A stretch of DNA of 64,000 bases from the human T2T-CHM13v2.0 reference genome, Homo sapiens (GCF_009914755.1 NC_060944.1); one strand, 5' to 3'; counted from the first letter of the stretch, positions 40,768 to 53,899 are shown. The notes: generated by a model not told the origin, from the letters alone. A program made the numbers and translations.

Positions 40768-40784
40768 TGATGCTTCTTTTTGGT

Positions 40785-41143
40785 ACTATTAGTCGATTTA
40801 GACTGCTTTAACAGAATGTCACAGACTGAGTGGCTTTTAAACAATAGAAATCTATTTCTCACAGTTCTGGAGGCTGGGAATTCCAAGATCAAGGTGCTAG
40901 CAGGAACAGTGTCTGGTGAGGGCACACTTCCTGGTTCACAGACAGCCATCTTCTCACTATAACCTCACACAAGGGAGCTGTATGGGGTCTCTTTGACAGG
41001 GACTCTAATACCATTCATAAGGGCTCTGCCCTTATTGACCTAATCAATCACCTGCCAAAGGCCCCACCTCCAAATATCACCACACTGAGGGTAAGGATTT
41101 CAACATACAAATTTTGGAGGGATACAAGTATTCATTCTATAGC
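40785..41143 (-). mobile_element. MLT1A-type LTR
   Basis: ctcacagttctggaggctgggaattccaagatcaaggtgc. Confidence 0.85.
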
Positions 41144-43649
41144 AGGTAGGTAACACACTATGGTATTTGGAATGACAGAATGTCAGGTTGGCAACTTAAT
41201 AGATTCAGGACATAAAGTTCTTTATATGGTACTTGTAACTTTTCTGTAAATTTGAGATTATTTGAAATAATGAAAAGTTAGGAAGTTTCTATGAATGCCT
41301 TAGCCAAGAGGACTCCAGCGCTTGGAGGACAGCCAGTCAGTCCAAAACTTGAGGTGGAAGCATTCCTTCCTGGTGTGGATTTGAACTGGCAAGTAATCCT
41401 CCATTGTCTCTAGGTAAGACATGGTGTTCAGACATCCATGATCTCAAGTGATGTCTTTTAATTTGACTTTCAATCTTGTTTTCAAAATCAGAGGAAAAAT
41501 ATTTTAAATATCAAATATCTTCTCTGCATGAGCAGACAGGGTATTTTTAAGAGAAAAATGTGTGTGCAATGTGCACATATTCTGAAATTAAAAGCAAGTT
41601 AATAGGGGGATTCTAAAATGAATTAATTTATAGGAAGCTGCTGAAACACTATTTGAATCATTTAGATTAAATGTGCTTTACTAGACAGATCCACTTCTAC
41701 TGTGTTCTATTATCAGCAGTAGATTGGCCCTGACAGCCCTAATAAATTAAACTGTCCAGCTGCTGCTCCTTCATCTATCTGATGCAGCTGGTGATGGCAA
41801 CAAGAATAAAAGAAGAGAAAAGGAAAACCTTAGAAATGAAGGATCTTCAACATGATGAAGAATAAAGCAACGTATCTGCAGATTTCGTGAATTAGTGATG
41901 CCTCTTCACCAAGTTGTACTTATTGTCGGGAACATATGAATTCAACCCCCTGGTGGAAGGGCTCAGGATGAGAGAACCGCTTCTCTTTGCAGTCAGACAC
42001 CTGGGCTTTGTGTAACAAGGCATTGGCAACCACATGATGCTGGGGTGGGAAGGGGAAAGCACTTTACACAGCCTCTCTAGTAATGAAGACAGACTTGCCT
42101 TTGCCTCCCCAGGCCCAGTTCAGTGGCTGTAATTTGCAAGCTGATGAGTTGGCTTTCAGGTAGAGTCACAGCCAAGAGAATGAGTCAAATGAAGACATCA
42201 CCTGCAGTTGCAACCCCGTTTGTCCTGCCCTAAGCAACTGAGCTAGTGCCACCACTTTCCAGATTGATGAAAATCAAAGTATCACAGTTTAACCTCGCAT
42301 AGGTGCCCACATATCCAGGTCGAGGGCAAAACATAAGTGTGAAAACACTGACAATTTCCAGGCAAAGACACTCAAGGGGACAGAGCAGGCCGAGATGCAA
42401 ACTCTTCCTTTCCTTCTGCAAGGCCTGCGTTTATGGTGGGGGTCACATGGAGCAAATGAGTCCACCAAAGGCACAGTCCTGGAGTTCTGCTGCCAACCCT
42501 CAGCCACCAGTGGTCAAAGCCATCAGAGGCAGGAACATGAGGGTGTTTTTGCATTTGGGCACTGGCCATACTATCCTGGAAGATTTTACACCAGCAACAC
42601 AAAACATTAAAAATGACTATAAATTTTGACAAATTTTCAATTTTAGGAATTTGGAAACTTTGGCCTGTATATTAGTCGGTGGAACTTTAGCATAGACATT
42701 ATGTCTTCCTGTTTAAAATTCAAATGGATCCTCAAAAATGGTTCCAAATGGAGTGGAAAGAAATCCAGACAGGACAGATGGATATGTAACACTCTAAATC
42801 CATTCTATGGAAGGTCTGTAATCAGCCTGTGACGGTAGAAGTAAGTGCCAAATGGTACTTTTCCTTTGAGGTAACCAAGTGTAGTAGCTTTTGTTTTGTT
42901 TTGTTTTAAATAAGACACAGCCTTTGTTTTCTAAGAACAACACACAAAGGAATTAAAAACGACTCAAGCCTGCCCCCTGGTGTGAAGATAGATAAAAGCA
43001 ACCGCAAGGTCTTAAAGTCATCTTCCTGAAAGTATCTTGGTGAGAGCTGAAATCACACCGCCATACGCAAAGCCGAATGTATATAATTGGCTAATAAACT
43101 TCACAGTTATTTTTATATTGAATGTCTTCAGAATTGGTATAGCCACTATGGAAGGCATCAAAGAAATGGAAGAATTAGCTTGCATCCTCCAGATAATCAT
43201 TACTAAACACTTCCCTTGCATGCTGCCCCTAGGTAGAGCTTGAATGTGGCCTTGCACAGTAAGCCTGTACTGGCAGCTATCTCTGTTGTGTTTCTCTGGA
43301 ATTCTAAAACAAAACTGCTGGGCATGGGGTTTTGATGTGGTTCCATCCCATGACTGTAGACCGATTCTGCATGGTGCAGTGTGCTTGCAGCATTATTACT
43401 TAAGATCATATATATTAATATATTTAGCCAAATAGCAAACAAGGGATGTACCTGATGCTTGAATTAACAAATAGGCAAATATAAGATGTCGGCATGTGCA
43501 AAAGATCCTAAGGCATTTCCTTTTTGGTCTTTGTAGCAGACTCTGTTGACAGGCTACATAGATGCGCTTGGATTTCTTTAACTGTTCTGGCGTGTCCCTC
43601 CCTCGGCATCTGTGTGCTTTGTTTCTAATGGTCTGTGCCCGTAATTTAT

Positions 43650-44031
43650 TGCTGTCATTTGAATGTATGTGTCCCTCCACATTTCACAGGTTGGGAGTGA
43701 AATCCCAGTGTGAGGTGGGGCTGTCAGGAGGTGGCTATGTCATGAATGAGATTAGTGCCCTTATAAAAGGTTAAGGGAGCTAGGTGGGCCCATTTCCCCT
43801 CCATCTCTTCTGCCACGAGAGGACATGGCCTTTGCCCCTTTTGGCCTTTTTGTCCTTCAGTGCTCATTCAAATGGACATCTCGGAAGCAGACTGTGCCCT
43901 CACCAGACGCAAAACCTGCTAGCACCTTGATCCTAGACTTCCAGCCTCCAGAACTGCGAGAAATAAATTTTTATTGTTGGTAAATTTTCCATTCCCTGTA
44001 TTTTGTTACAGCAGCAGGAAAGGACCAAGAT
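43650..44031 (+). mobile_element. MSTC/MSTD-like LTR
   Basis: gcaccttgatcctagacttccagcctccagaactgcgagaaataaa. Confidence 0.8.
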
Positions 44032-44094
44032 ATTCATCTCCAATGGACTGTTCTTGGCCTATTGGAATCCCTTTGCCTGCATAGGCAGAGAAGT

Positions 44095-44659
44095 GGTAAT
44101 GCCGGGGAGTAATATGCCACTCTGGAATAGGAATTATTTTAAGTGGAGGCAATTGAGAAAAAGTGGATTCAGAATGAACTCTCTACTCTCCTCCTATCTG
44201 CCCAAAAACAGAACATAAAGTCCTGTTGTGAAGGTGTCCCTGCCCCCACCCAAACTGCCATTCCAGGAAGGGGATAACGGCCTTATTATCAGAGAAGAGA
44301 TGGTACTGAGAGAGTCTACACAAACACACCTTACTCACTAACCCTATCTTTTATATGTTTCCCCATGTGTTTACCTTCCCACAATTTGCCACCCCAATCA
44401 TCAAAAGCTCTTTTCTTGTCACTTCTCTACAAAATTATCCATCTTTGTTAAGATGCCATATAAGCCCCAAGGTCTAGTCACCCCTTTGAGTTACTCACCA
44501 CGGAGTTCTCCCGTGTATATGCAAGCTGCACGTGCTAATAAACTTCAGCCTGTCTGTTTGTTTTTATTGTTGTTCTTCACCTATCTTTCATAACTCTAAT
44601 TTGCAGGGCCTCAGCTGAAGAACCCAGAAGACAGTGGAAAAAGTTTTTCCCTCCCTATA
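44095..44659 (+). mobile_element. MER34-family ERV1 solo LTR
   Basis: aatatgccact...attattttaagtggaggcaattgaga start; ttttccctccctata end. Confidence 0.7.
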
Positions 44660-44905
44660 TGGGAGTGTGAGAGCCCAACTCTGCCTCAAGAGAGAAGAAA
44701 GTCTAAGGAGTTACTTGTGCTCCAGAGCTCCCTGGGAATCAGACAGAGGTGGGAATTTACTTGAGACTGTCCATTACTCACTTTTGTCCCTTTCCTGCCT
44801 ATTTCCTTCATGCAATTACTAGTTTTTCTTGGGAACACTTCCTCCATAAATTCTTTGTGCAGGAACTACCACTGTGATGTCTCTTCTAGGGAGCCGTCCT
44901 GAAAA
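44660..44905 (+). mobile_element. LTR16-like 3' fragment
   Basis: gggaacacttcctccataaattctttgtgcaggaa. Confidence 0.55.
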
Positions 44906-45207
44906 ACTCTGTTCTCCTCTTTGCAGGCAAAACAATGTCATTCTGCCACCCCCATGCCCCTGAGGCACAGGGTGTCTGGCCCCCCATGGAAAATGCTGCA
45001 GGGATATGTACTGATTAGACACTGAAACAGAGCAGACAGCAGACCCCCAAATCTAATGCTCTCAATGAGGCCCGTCCTCTGGGGCCGCCCTGCCCTCAGC
45101 TCCTACACGCGGCTCCAGTTCTCACTGGGCCCTGTCTGTTGTTCCTCCTGGCACACTTAGCGCATTTCCTCTTAATGTCGTCTCCGTCTGGAGAACATAT
45201 TTCTCAG

Positions 45208-45635
45208 TGTATTTGGCCGTTCTCACACTGCTATAAAGAAACACCTGAGACTGGGTAATTTATAAAGAAAAGAGGCTTAATTGGTTCAAGGTTCTGCAGG
45301 CTGTACAGGAAGCATAAGTCTGGCATCTGCTCAGCTTCTGGGGAGACCTCAGGAAACTTACAATCACAGCAGAAGGCAAAGGAGAAACAGCCATGTCACA
45401 TGGCCAGAGCAGGAGCAAGAGAGAGAGTGGGGAGGGGCCGCACATTTGTAAACAACCAGATCTTGCAAGAACTCACTCATTATCATGAGGATAGTACCAA
45501 GACGGTTGGTGCTAAACCATTCGTGAGAACTCCACCCCCCCGATCCAATCACCTCCCACCAGGCCCAGGCTCCAACATGAGTGATTACAATGCAATATGA
45601 GATTTGAGCAGGTTACAAAGATCCAAACCATATCA
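45208..45635 (-). mobile_element. MSTA-type MaLR solo LTR
   Basis: tgtatttggccgttctcacactgctataaag...atccaaaccatatca; TSD c(t/c)cag. Confidence 0.9.
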
Positions 45636-45872
45636 CCCAGCTACCCCCAGAGGCGCTCCCTCAACCCATTCTCATCTTTGCTGAAATGTTACTTTACCTT
45701 CTTGGACCACCCCATTACCCTGTCACTTTTTCCCCTTTTCTCTAGTTTCCTCATGACATTTATCACCACGTGATGTTTATTAGTTTTTACTGTATCTCCC
45801 CCCCCATTAGACTATACAATCTATTAAAAATAGACTTTATTTTACCTATTATTCAATCCCTATTACCTAGAA

Positions 45873-48475
45873 CAGACATGATGAAAAATTGTCTACAAAA
45901 GTCCAAAGAGCTAATATTTTAGGTTTTGTGGGCCATCAAGTCTCTGTGGCAACTACTTAACTACTCTGCCACAGCACAGAAGTGGCAATAGAAAATGTAG
46001 AAATGAATGAGTGTGGTTGTATTCCAATAAAACTTTATTGACAAAAACAGATGGGATGTCCATTTTCCAGTGACACGTAGGAAGCTTGGAGGTTGCCATG
46101 CCATCCTAACAATAATTTAAAAACTAAACAAACAGAAAATTTCAAGAATCTTCTTAGTTCTGTCAGAGAAGTAAGGCCACAGGGCAAACTGCTCCTCCAA
46201 ATTTGGAGAGGCAGACAGGAGGATACAGAAGATCACAGCTTACCAGAGCAGAAACCCACAGGCAGAACTGTCCATGGGAACCAGTACTGGGTAGGAAATC
46301 TGAACTGGGATTGAGGAGTTGCTGGGAGCTCAGTGTGCACAGGTCTGGGAGTTAAAATCTCCAGGAGGGCCCAATCTGAGGGGGCACCCACCCTTTTGTG
46401 AGTTTTATCTCCAGGAGCTTAACCAGGTTCTCACAGTGACTATCAGAGAAAAATCTGTTCATGCTTCTGTCAGTAGGAGGGAAAAAGAAACCACTTAAAA
46501 ATATGCCATAGCATTTAGTTCTTAACAAGGCCTTCCCTCAATAGAAATCACTTTATCAGAGCTTAAACTGTTGGTTTTTAATTTTTTTGCAGAGCCTAAT
46601 GGACCTGGAGGAAAATAAAAACCCAACTCCATTTCCCCCTAGCCACCCTGTCCTAGCTCAGGGAAAAACTGAGAAGCTGAATGAAGCTCACAGTCCAGGG
46701 CACAGGCTCAAGACAGACTGGGTCCTAATCACAGGTCTACACACTGAGTCCTAATCACAGGGCTATGGAACCCTTCCCTTCCCCACACCTCACCAAAGGC
46801 CTATTTGCCACCGTTTCTGACCCAGTGCATCACATCTGGCTATCAACAAACAATCACAAGGCATAAAAAAAGGTAAAGACCACAGTCTGAAAAGACAGAG
46901 CAAATGTCAGAACCAGACTCAGCTATGGCACGGATGTTGGAACTATGAGACTGGGGATTTAAAATAACTATGATTCATGTGCTAAGGGCTCTAATGGATA
47001 AAGTGGACAGTAAGCAAGAACAGATGGGCAATGTAAATAGAGAGATCAAAGTTCTAAGAAAGAATAAAAGAGAAATGCGAGAGATCAAAAACACTAACAA
47101 ATGAAGGATGCTTCTCACGGGCTCATTAGTAGGCTGGGCACAGCTGAGAAAGACTCTCTGAGGCTGAGGATATCTCAATAGAAACATCCAGAACTGAAAA
47201 GCAAAGGGAAAAAATGCTGAATGAAAAAGGCATAGAATATCCAAGGACTGTGGGATAATTAGAAAAGGTATATGTTTAATAGGAATACCAAAAGGAGAAG
47301 ACAGAGAGAAAGGAACAGATGGAAAGTTGGAAACAATAATGACTGAAAATCAGACACCAAACCACAGATCCAGGAATCTCAGAGAACACCAACCACGATG
47401 AATGTCAAAATTAAGCCTAGCCACATCGTTTTCAAACTACAGAAAAATCAGATAAGGAAAAAAATCCCAAAAGATGCCAAAGGTGAAAAACACCTTACTT
47501 CCTTAGAGGAACAAAGGTAAGAATTTCATCTGACTTCATGGAAACCATGCAAGCAAGAAGACAGTGGAGTGAAATATTGAATGTGTTGAGAAAAAAACTC
47601 CACCAATCTAGCATTCTATACTCTGTGACATTATCCTCCAAAAGTAAAGGAGACTTAAAGGCTTTCTCAGACAAACAAAAATTCAGGGAATTTGATGCTA
47701 GCAGATCTGCCTTGTTAAATGTTCAAAGAAGTTATTCAAGGCAATAAAAATTGTTATAGGTCAGAAGGTCATATCTACATAACAAAAGAAAGAACATCAG
47801 AGAAGAAATAAGTGAAGGTAAAATGAAATTTTTAACTTGTTATTCTTAATCTAACAGATCAATTTGTTCAAAATTATTGTAGCCACAATGTATTAACATA
47901 TATACAAATGTGCTACCGAGCCATGAAAAGATATGAAGGAAACAAATGCATATTACTAAGTAAAAGAAGCCAATCTGAGAAAAGCTATGTAATATATAAT
48001 TCCAACCACAGGACTCACTGGAACAGGTAAAACTAAGGTGGTAATAAAAGGATTAGTGGTTGTCCGGGGTTAGGGTGTGGGAGGGATGAACAGGTAGAGC
48101 ACAGAGGATTTTTTAGGGCAGCGATTCTTTATGATATGACAATGGTAGATACAGCTCAGACATTTGTCAAAACCCATAGAATGTGCAAATGAAAAGTGAA
48201 CCCTGATGTGAACTATGGACTTTGAGTGATAATGATGTGTCCATGGAGGTTCTTTGACTGCAACAAACATGCCACTTTGGTAGAGAATGTCGATCAAGGG
48301 GGAGGCTGTGCATGTGTAGGGGCAGGGGGCATATGGAAATCTCTGTACTTTCCACTTAATTTTGCAGTGAACCTAAAACTGCTCTAAAAAGCAAAGTCTA
48401 TTAAAGAAAATTCACAATAACCTAAAACAGATGTAGGCTAGATTTGGCCAGAGGGCTACAGTTTGTCGAATCTTG
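45873..48475 (-). mobile_element. MER58A split by an L1 (halves 45873-46053 and 48424-48475)
   Basis: ttccaataaaactttattgacaaaaacag resumes as aaaacagatgtaggctagatttggcc. Confidence 0.8.
46054..48423 (+). mobile_element. Ancient L1: 5' region and ORF1 joined to an L1MC1-like 3' end, with ORF2 almost absent
   Basis: ORF1 C-terminal remnant ETMQARRQWSEILNVLRKK...AFSDKQKFREF (47538-47747); 3' UTR gtgaacctaaaactgctctaaaaa; TSD aaaacagatg. Confidence 0.8.
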
Positions 48476-48533
48476 ACTTAGAATAAGTCCTTCGTTGAAG
48501 AAGTAAAAACTATAACAAAAACCACCAACCAAA

Positions 48534-49030
48534 GTGTGTTCCAGTTACTGCTGCTGCATAATAAATCACCCCCAAACAACTCTTTGATTTTGCATAATCG
48601 TGTGGGTCAGGAATTTTGGAAGGGCATCTGCTGGGCAGTTGTCGATCACTGTAGTCAGATATTGGCTGGGGCTGCAGCCACCTGAGGGCACAAGGGCCAG
48701 ACATCCATGATGCTCACTCCCGTGGCCTGGCAGCGGATGGTGACTCTTGTCTGGGGGCACAGCTAGGCAGTCTGCTGGAGCACCACATGATGCCTCTCCA
48801 GCATGGAGTTTTCTCAATGCTGCATGCTGCCCCCACAGCAAGCAACCCAAGAAAACCGGTGAAAGCTACATGGCCTTTCCTTTTCTAGTGCTGAGAAGCC
48901 TCAGAGTAACTTCTTCCCCATTCTTCTGGTTACAAGAGAATCAGGAGCCAGTCCCACGTCAAGGGGAGGGAAGGTAGACACCACCTCTGATGGGAAGCAT
49001 GTCAAAGACACTGTGGCTAATTTTTAAAAT
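48534..49030 (-). mobile_element. MLT1F/G/H-like LTR
   Basis: gtgggtcaggaatttt...caaggggagggaaggtagacaccacctctgatggga. Confidence 0.7.
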
Positions 49031-49399
49031 AAAGCAATGTTGAAACTACACTCCATTGTACTTCTACCTGGAAGCAGGGGATGGGTAGAAATGAAATTAA
49101 TATTTATCACTATGAACCATGCATGATGTCAAATACAGTACACATGTTAGCCCACAACAACTTCCTGAATTAAAAAGGGCAGTTCCTATATTACAGATGA
49201 GGAACTGAAAGCACAGAGAGTTTCAGGTGCTCCTCAAATTACGCCAGTAGCGAGTAGCAGATTCTAATGTCAACGCCAGATGTGCCCAATGTTCATCCTT
49301 CCAGACTATTTTATGCTGCTGGAAACACGGCAAAGACAAGTAGCATGTTGGGAAGGGAATCAGCGTTCTCTTCGGCTAAAGCCTTTGTGTTCTCTATGG

Positions 49400-49555
49400 T
49401 AGGGTTTCTCAAACTTTAACACATATATACATCCCCCGGGCATCTTGCGAAAATAGATTCTCATCCTTCAGGGCTGGGCTGGGGACTGAGATTCCACATC
49501 TAACAAGCTCCCAGGGGATGCTGCTGCTGCTAGCCTGTGGCTTGCACTGTGGGAT
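49400..49555. mobile_element. MER5-family MITE
   Basis: gtttctcaaacttta...tctaacaagctcccaggggatgctg. Confidence 0.7.
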
Positions 49556-50117
49556 GTGGGGCTCTATGGCACAGCAGGGTGATAATACACTGGGGTGCAG
49601 TGCCCAGACAAGGCCCAGAGAGCCAAGCAAAGCATGCGTCCTTCCTTAGGGGCCTGATAACCTTCCCTATTCTGGGGGCAGTGAGAGTCTAAGGATAGAA
49701 GTCCAGGGGTGGGTAGTGGGTGGAATGTGGTTGAATTCCTTGGCAGTCTGTCCCACAATGCCAGTAGGCATAGGAAGAAGTTAGAAATTGCCATTTTCTT
49801 CTGGGAAAGTCTTTTTGTTTATTCTTTCACTTTGGTTTTTCTGGAGTTGTACAAAAATACGGATAATTGCAAAAAGCTGGACTATTGCAATTGTGTGTGA
49901 TTCAGACAGAATAAGCCTGAGAGGCATAACTGAGTCCAGAAAAATGCCAAGTCATAAATCAAAAGTGAGATCAAACTAATTATTCCAAGTGAGTCGATGG
50001 CACAACACTTGTTTATCTCAATACATAATCGGCTTCACTAATTAAAATGCAAATTCGATTGCATTTATAACTGGTAACCCTGCCAAGTTAAAGCTTCAAT
50101 ACATCTGATGTGTGAGC

Positions 50118-50152
50118 TGTACGAACTTTTCAGGGACACTAGGTGGCGCCCG
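50118..50152 (+). promoter_or_regulatory. Candidate CTCF site
   Basis: ACACTAGGTGGCGC (50136-50149) matches CCASYAGRKGGCRS at 13/14 positions; motif match only. Confidence 0.55.
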
Positions 50153-50400
50153 TGTACTTTTCTTGAGAAAGCCAGGCTGCTTTAACCATTTAAAATTTCA
50201 ATCAGTGGAAAGAAACGAGTTAGCCCAGTGGTTCTCAAAGACATTGAGTCAAAACTCTGGGGATTGGGCCCCAGATCTGTACGGTAAGTAATTCTTCCCA
50301 GACGATTTTATTTTTATACCAGTTGGTTAATGTAATGACATTGGAAACAGCTAGCACAGTTAAGCGCTTAATTGCTTAATTGTAATATGATAAAACTTAG

Positions 50401-50755
<355 letters not shown>

Positions 50756-51237
50756 AAGAATCCCAATTCTTATCTGAACAGCTCTTCTACCAAAGCACGA
50801 AAAATAAAAAAAGTGGAAGTTTACATGAGGTTTGTTGTCAAAGCATCAAAGATACCTTTAAGCCTCTAAATTGTGTCCTGAAATTGAAGATACATCTCAG
50901 AAGAAAAGGTCGAACCTATCAAAAGAAACGCTACAACGAATTAACATTCAGTGGAGGTAATATTAGTATAAGGAAAAATAAACATTATGTAAGCATGTGA
51001 CAAATAGGCTTGTAATGTGGCTCTCACACAACTAGATGACAGCATACTCCAAGGAACATACAGCGCTGGGCGACACTATCAAGGGAGAAGGAACAGCTCT
51101 AGGAAGTGCCAGAACATACAGTAAATACTACATAACTCCAAAGAGTCAGGTACCCCCCCAAGTTTTAACCCCTCTAAATTATAATCAAATTGATAAAACA
51201 TAGCTCCACTCCATGTGGCTACAGAGTTTTCTGTTAA

Positions 51238-51613
<376 letters not shown>

Positions 51614-51796
51614 TGGAACTTATTTTTAATTCAATCATCAAATCTTTATTGAGCAGGGTGACAGGTACAGTTCTATAAGTACAAGCAACTTAAGGAAAAG
51701 CTGAGATGAATCGATATTTTCATAACATATCATATGTTTCAGGACTGGAGGTTTTAAGAGGAAGAAAGGAAGGTAGAAAGTGGCTTCTCTCAGATT

Positions 51797-51816
51797 CTTT
51801 TCTCTCTCTTTCTTTC

Positions 51817-51854
<38 letters not shown>

Positions 51855-52124
51855 CTCACTGTTGCCCAGGCTGGAGTGCAGTGATGGGATCATGGCTCAC
51901 GGAAGCCTTGACCTCTTTGGCTCAAGTGATCTTCCCACCTCAGCCTCCTGAGTAGCTGGGACTACAGGTGTGTACCACCACAACTAGATAATTTTTGTAT
52001 TTTTAGTAGAAACAGGGTTTCGCCTTGTTGCCCAGCCTGGTCTGGAACTCCTGGGTTCAAATGATCTGCCTGCCTCAGCCTCCCAAAGTGCTGGGATTAC
52101 AAGTGTGAGCCACTGTGCCTGGCC
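51797..52124 (-). mobile_element. AluJ (Jb-like) with a long T tract
   Basis: gatcatggctcacggaagccttgacc. Confidence 0.9.
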
Positions 52125-52724
52125 AGATCCTATTGTTTACTGTTGTTTTACTTTAGGTAGACCAGAGAAAATAGAAACAAAGAAAGTTTGGAAGAAAAAA
52201 GCCATGACTGCTTTTGATCTCAGGAAACTTAGCTATTATCTAGGACATGGCAAGATAAAACTGAAAAACAATTCTATTCCTTCCACGCTTCTCTTTGAAG
52301 GAGACACACTTGGCAACCCTGGCCACACTTCTCTTACCCCTTTTCACTGCCCAATACTCTCATTTCTCAGACACCAAATCCCTAACAAACTTCTCAACTC
52401 CCAGTTCTTCCTGGCTTTTTCTCCTGCCCTGTCTGCTGTGTTCAGGTCCCTTTTAAGGGTGCCGTTGGATAAATATTTGAACATTCCTAAAGATGAGGAG
52501 CTCGCCTTTCCAAGGCAGCCCCTTGCATTGCTGGATAACACATTTCCAAGTCTTGCCCTATTGAGGTAAAGTACTGGAGTCTCTCCGTGCTGCCTTCACT
52601 TACCTCTTCCTATTTTTCCTTCCAGGGGATTCCTAGAGGTTATTAATTCCCCTGCTGTGGGACAGTCATTCAATGTTTGAAGAAAGTAATTGTTTACTTC
52701 CCTCCCTTGATTCTTTGACAGAAG

Positions 52725-52852
52725 ATCACCAGGGCTCTCAACCAATCATCAGTGCTCTCAACCAATCATCAGTGCTCTCAGACAATCATCAGTGCTCTCA
52801 GCCAATCATTAGTGCTCTCAGCCAATCATCAGTACTCTCAGCCAATCATCAG
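52725..52852. repeat. Minisatellite, 20-bp unit x about 6.4 (atcatcagtgctctcagcca)
   Basis: Units begin at 52725, 52745, 52765, 52785, 52805 and 52825, with a partial unit at 52845. Confidence 0.97.
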
Positions 52853-53843
52853 ATCACCTGAATTCTAGATTTTCCATCATCTCAGCCACCTTTTTTCACA
52901 TGCAACTTGTTAAACGTTGTCCAAGGATGAGATGGAATGAAATGGACACCTTTAGTGTACAGATAACATGGACGGAAGTTCTGTTGTAACAAGGTGGGTA
53001 CAGAAAGTGAGGGCAGAAATATGAATCAGCAACACTGCCCTCCACCACAGCCTTTATTTGCCCATTCACAACACTCTGTAATTAGAGCTAGATCACATGG
53101 ACAATTATTTCCCCTTTGGAGTAAACATTCCTAGAAGGAAGGACTCATCCCTGATTTATTCAATGTTGTGTCCTCAGCACTGGGCTTGGTATTTGGCTGG
53201 CATTTGTTGAAACAAAGATCCTAAAAGGGAACAATGAAAATTTGAATTCAGGTCTCTTCAGAAGGATTGCGGAAAGCAGGAGGAGGATTCTGGGACCATC
53301 ATGACCTAAACAATTCTCCCTCTCCTCCATGTTCAACTCCAGGGTGTCCACTTCTTTTGACCACATGGCGTCTGGGGCTGATGGGCAGTTGGACCAGCAA
53401 GGCTTGGGTGCTGAGGACATCTCAACAGAGAGAGCTTGTGGGCTTGCTTCCACCTGGATGGGGAAGAGGCTGCGCTCTAGCTGCTCATGGGTGGACAGCA
53501 GGCTCAGGTCCTGGGAAGAACATGGCTCACAGTGATATGGGGACCCAAGACCGTGAACTATGGCACCATGGATTTCCCAGCTCTGGAGATGTGGTGTTTA
53601 AAAGCTATACAGAGTCTCTGCCCTGGAGGTTGGGAGAGTCTGAGAGATGGTGGAGGAAGAGAGGGCTTCCTCTGTGCATCTCAATGGGGAATTGACAGTC
53701 TGCCTGCATGACGCCATCAGTCCCCAGGTGTAGTTTCCATTTTGTCTTCCTCTAATCATGGGACTACTACCACACAGAGAAAGAAAATAGCCAGAAAAAA
53801 TATATATATATTAATATATTGTAACCAAAGGTATCCAGCAGCC

Positions 53844-53886
<43 letters not shown>

Positions 53887-53899
53887 ACAATGGCTCAGA

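Larger units (their letters stand above)
39420..41280 (+). mobile_element. Ancient L1 3' fragments (L1ME/L1MC4-like) interrupted by Alu and MLT1A
   Basis: atgttgagtgaaagaaatcaggcac; cttttctgtaaatttgagattatt terminus. Confidence 0.6.

Noticed and set aside
52725-52852. CRISPR-like array, or C/D-box snoRNA cluster (the minus strand reads CUGA-gagcac-UGAUGA repeatedly)
   Set aside because: No unique spacers and eukaryotic context. The C- and D-like words are only 4-6 nt apart, with no terminal stem or guide region.
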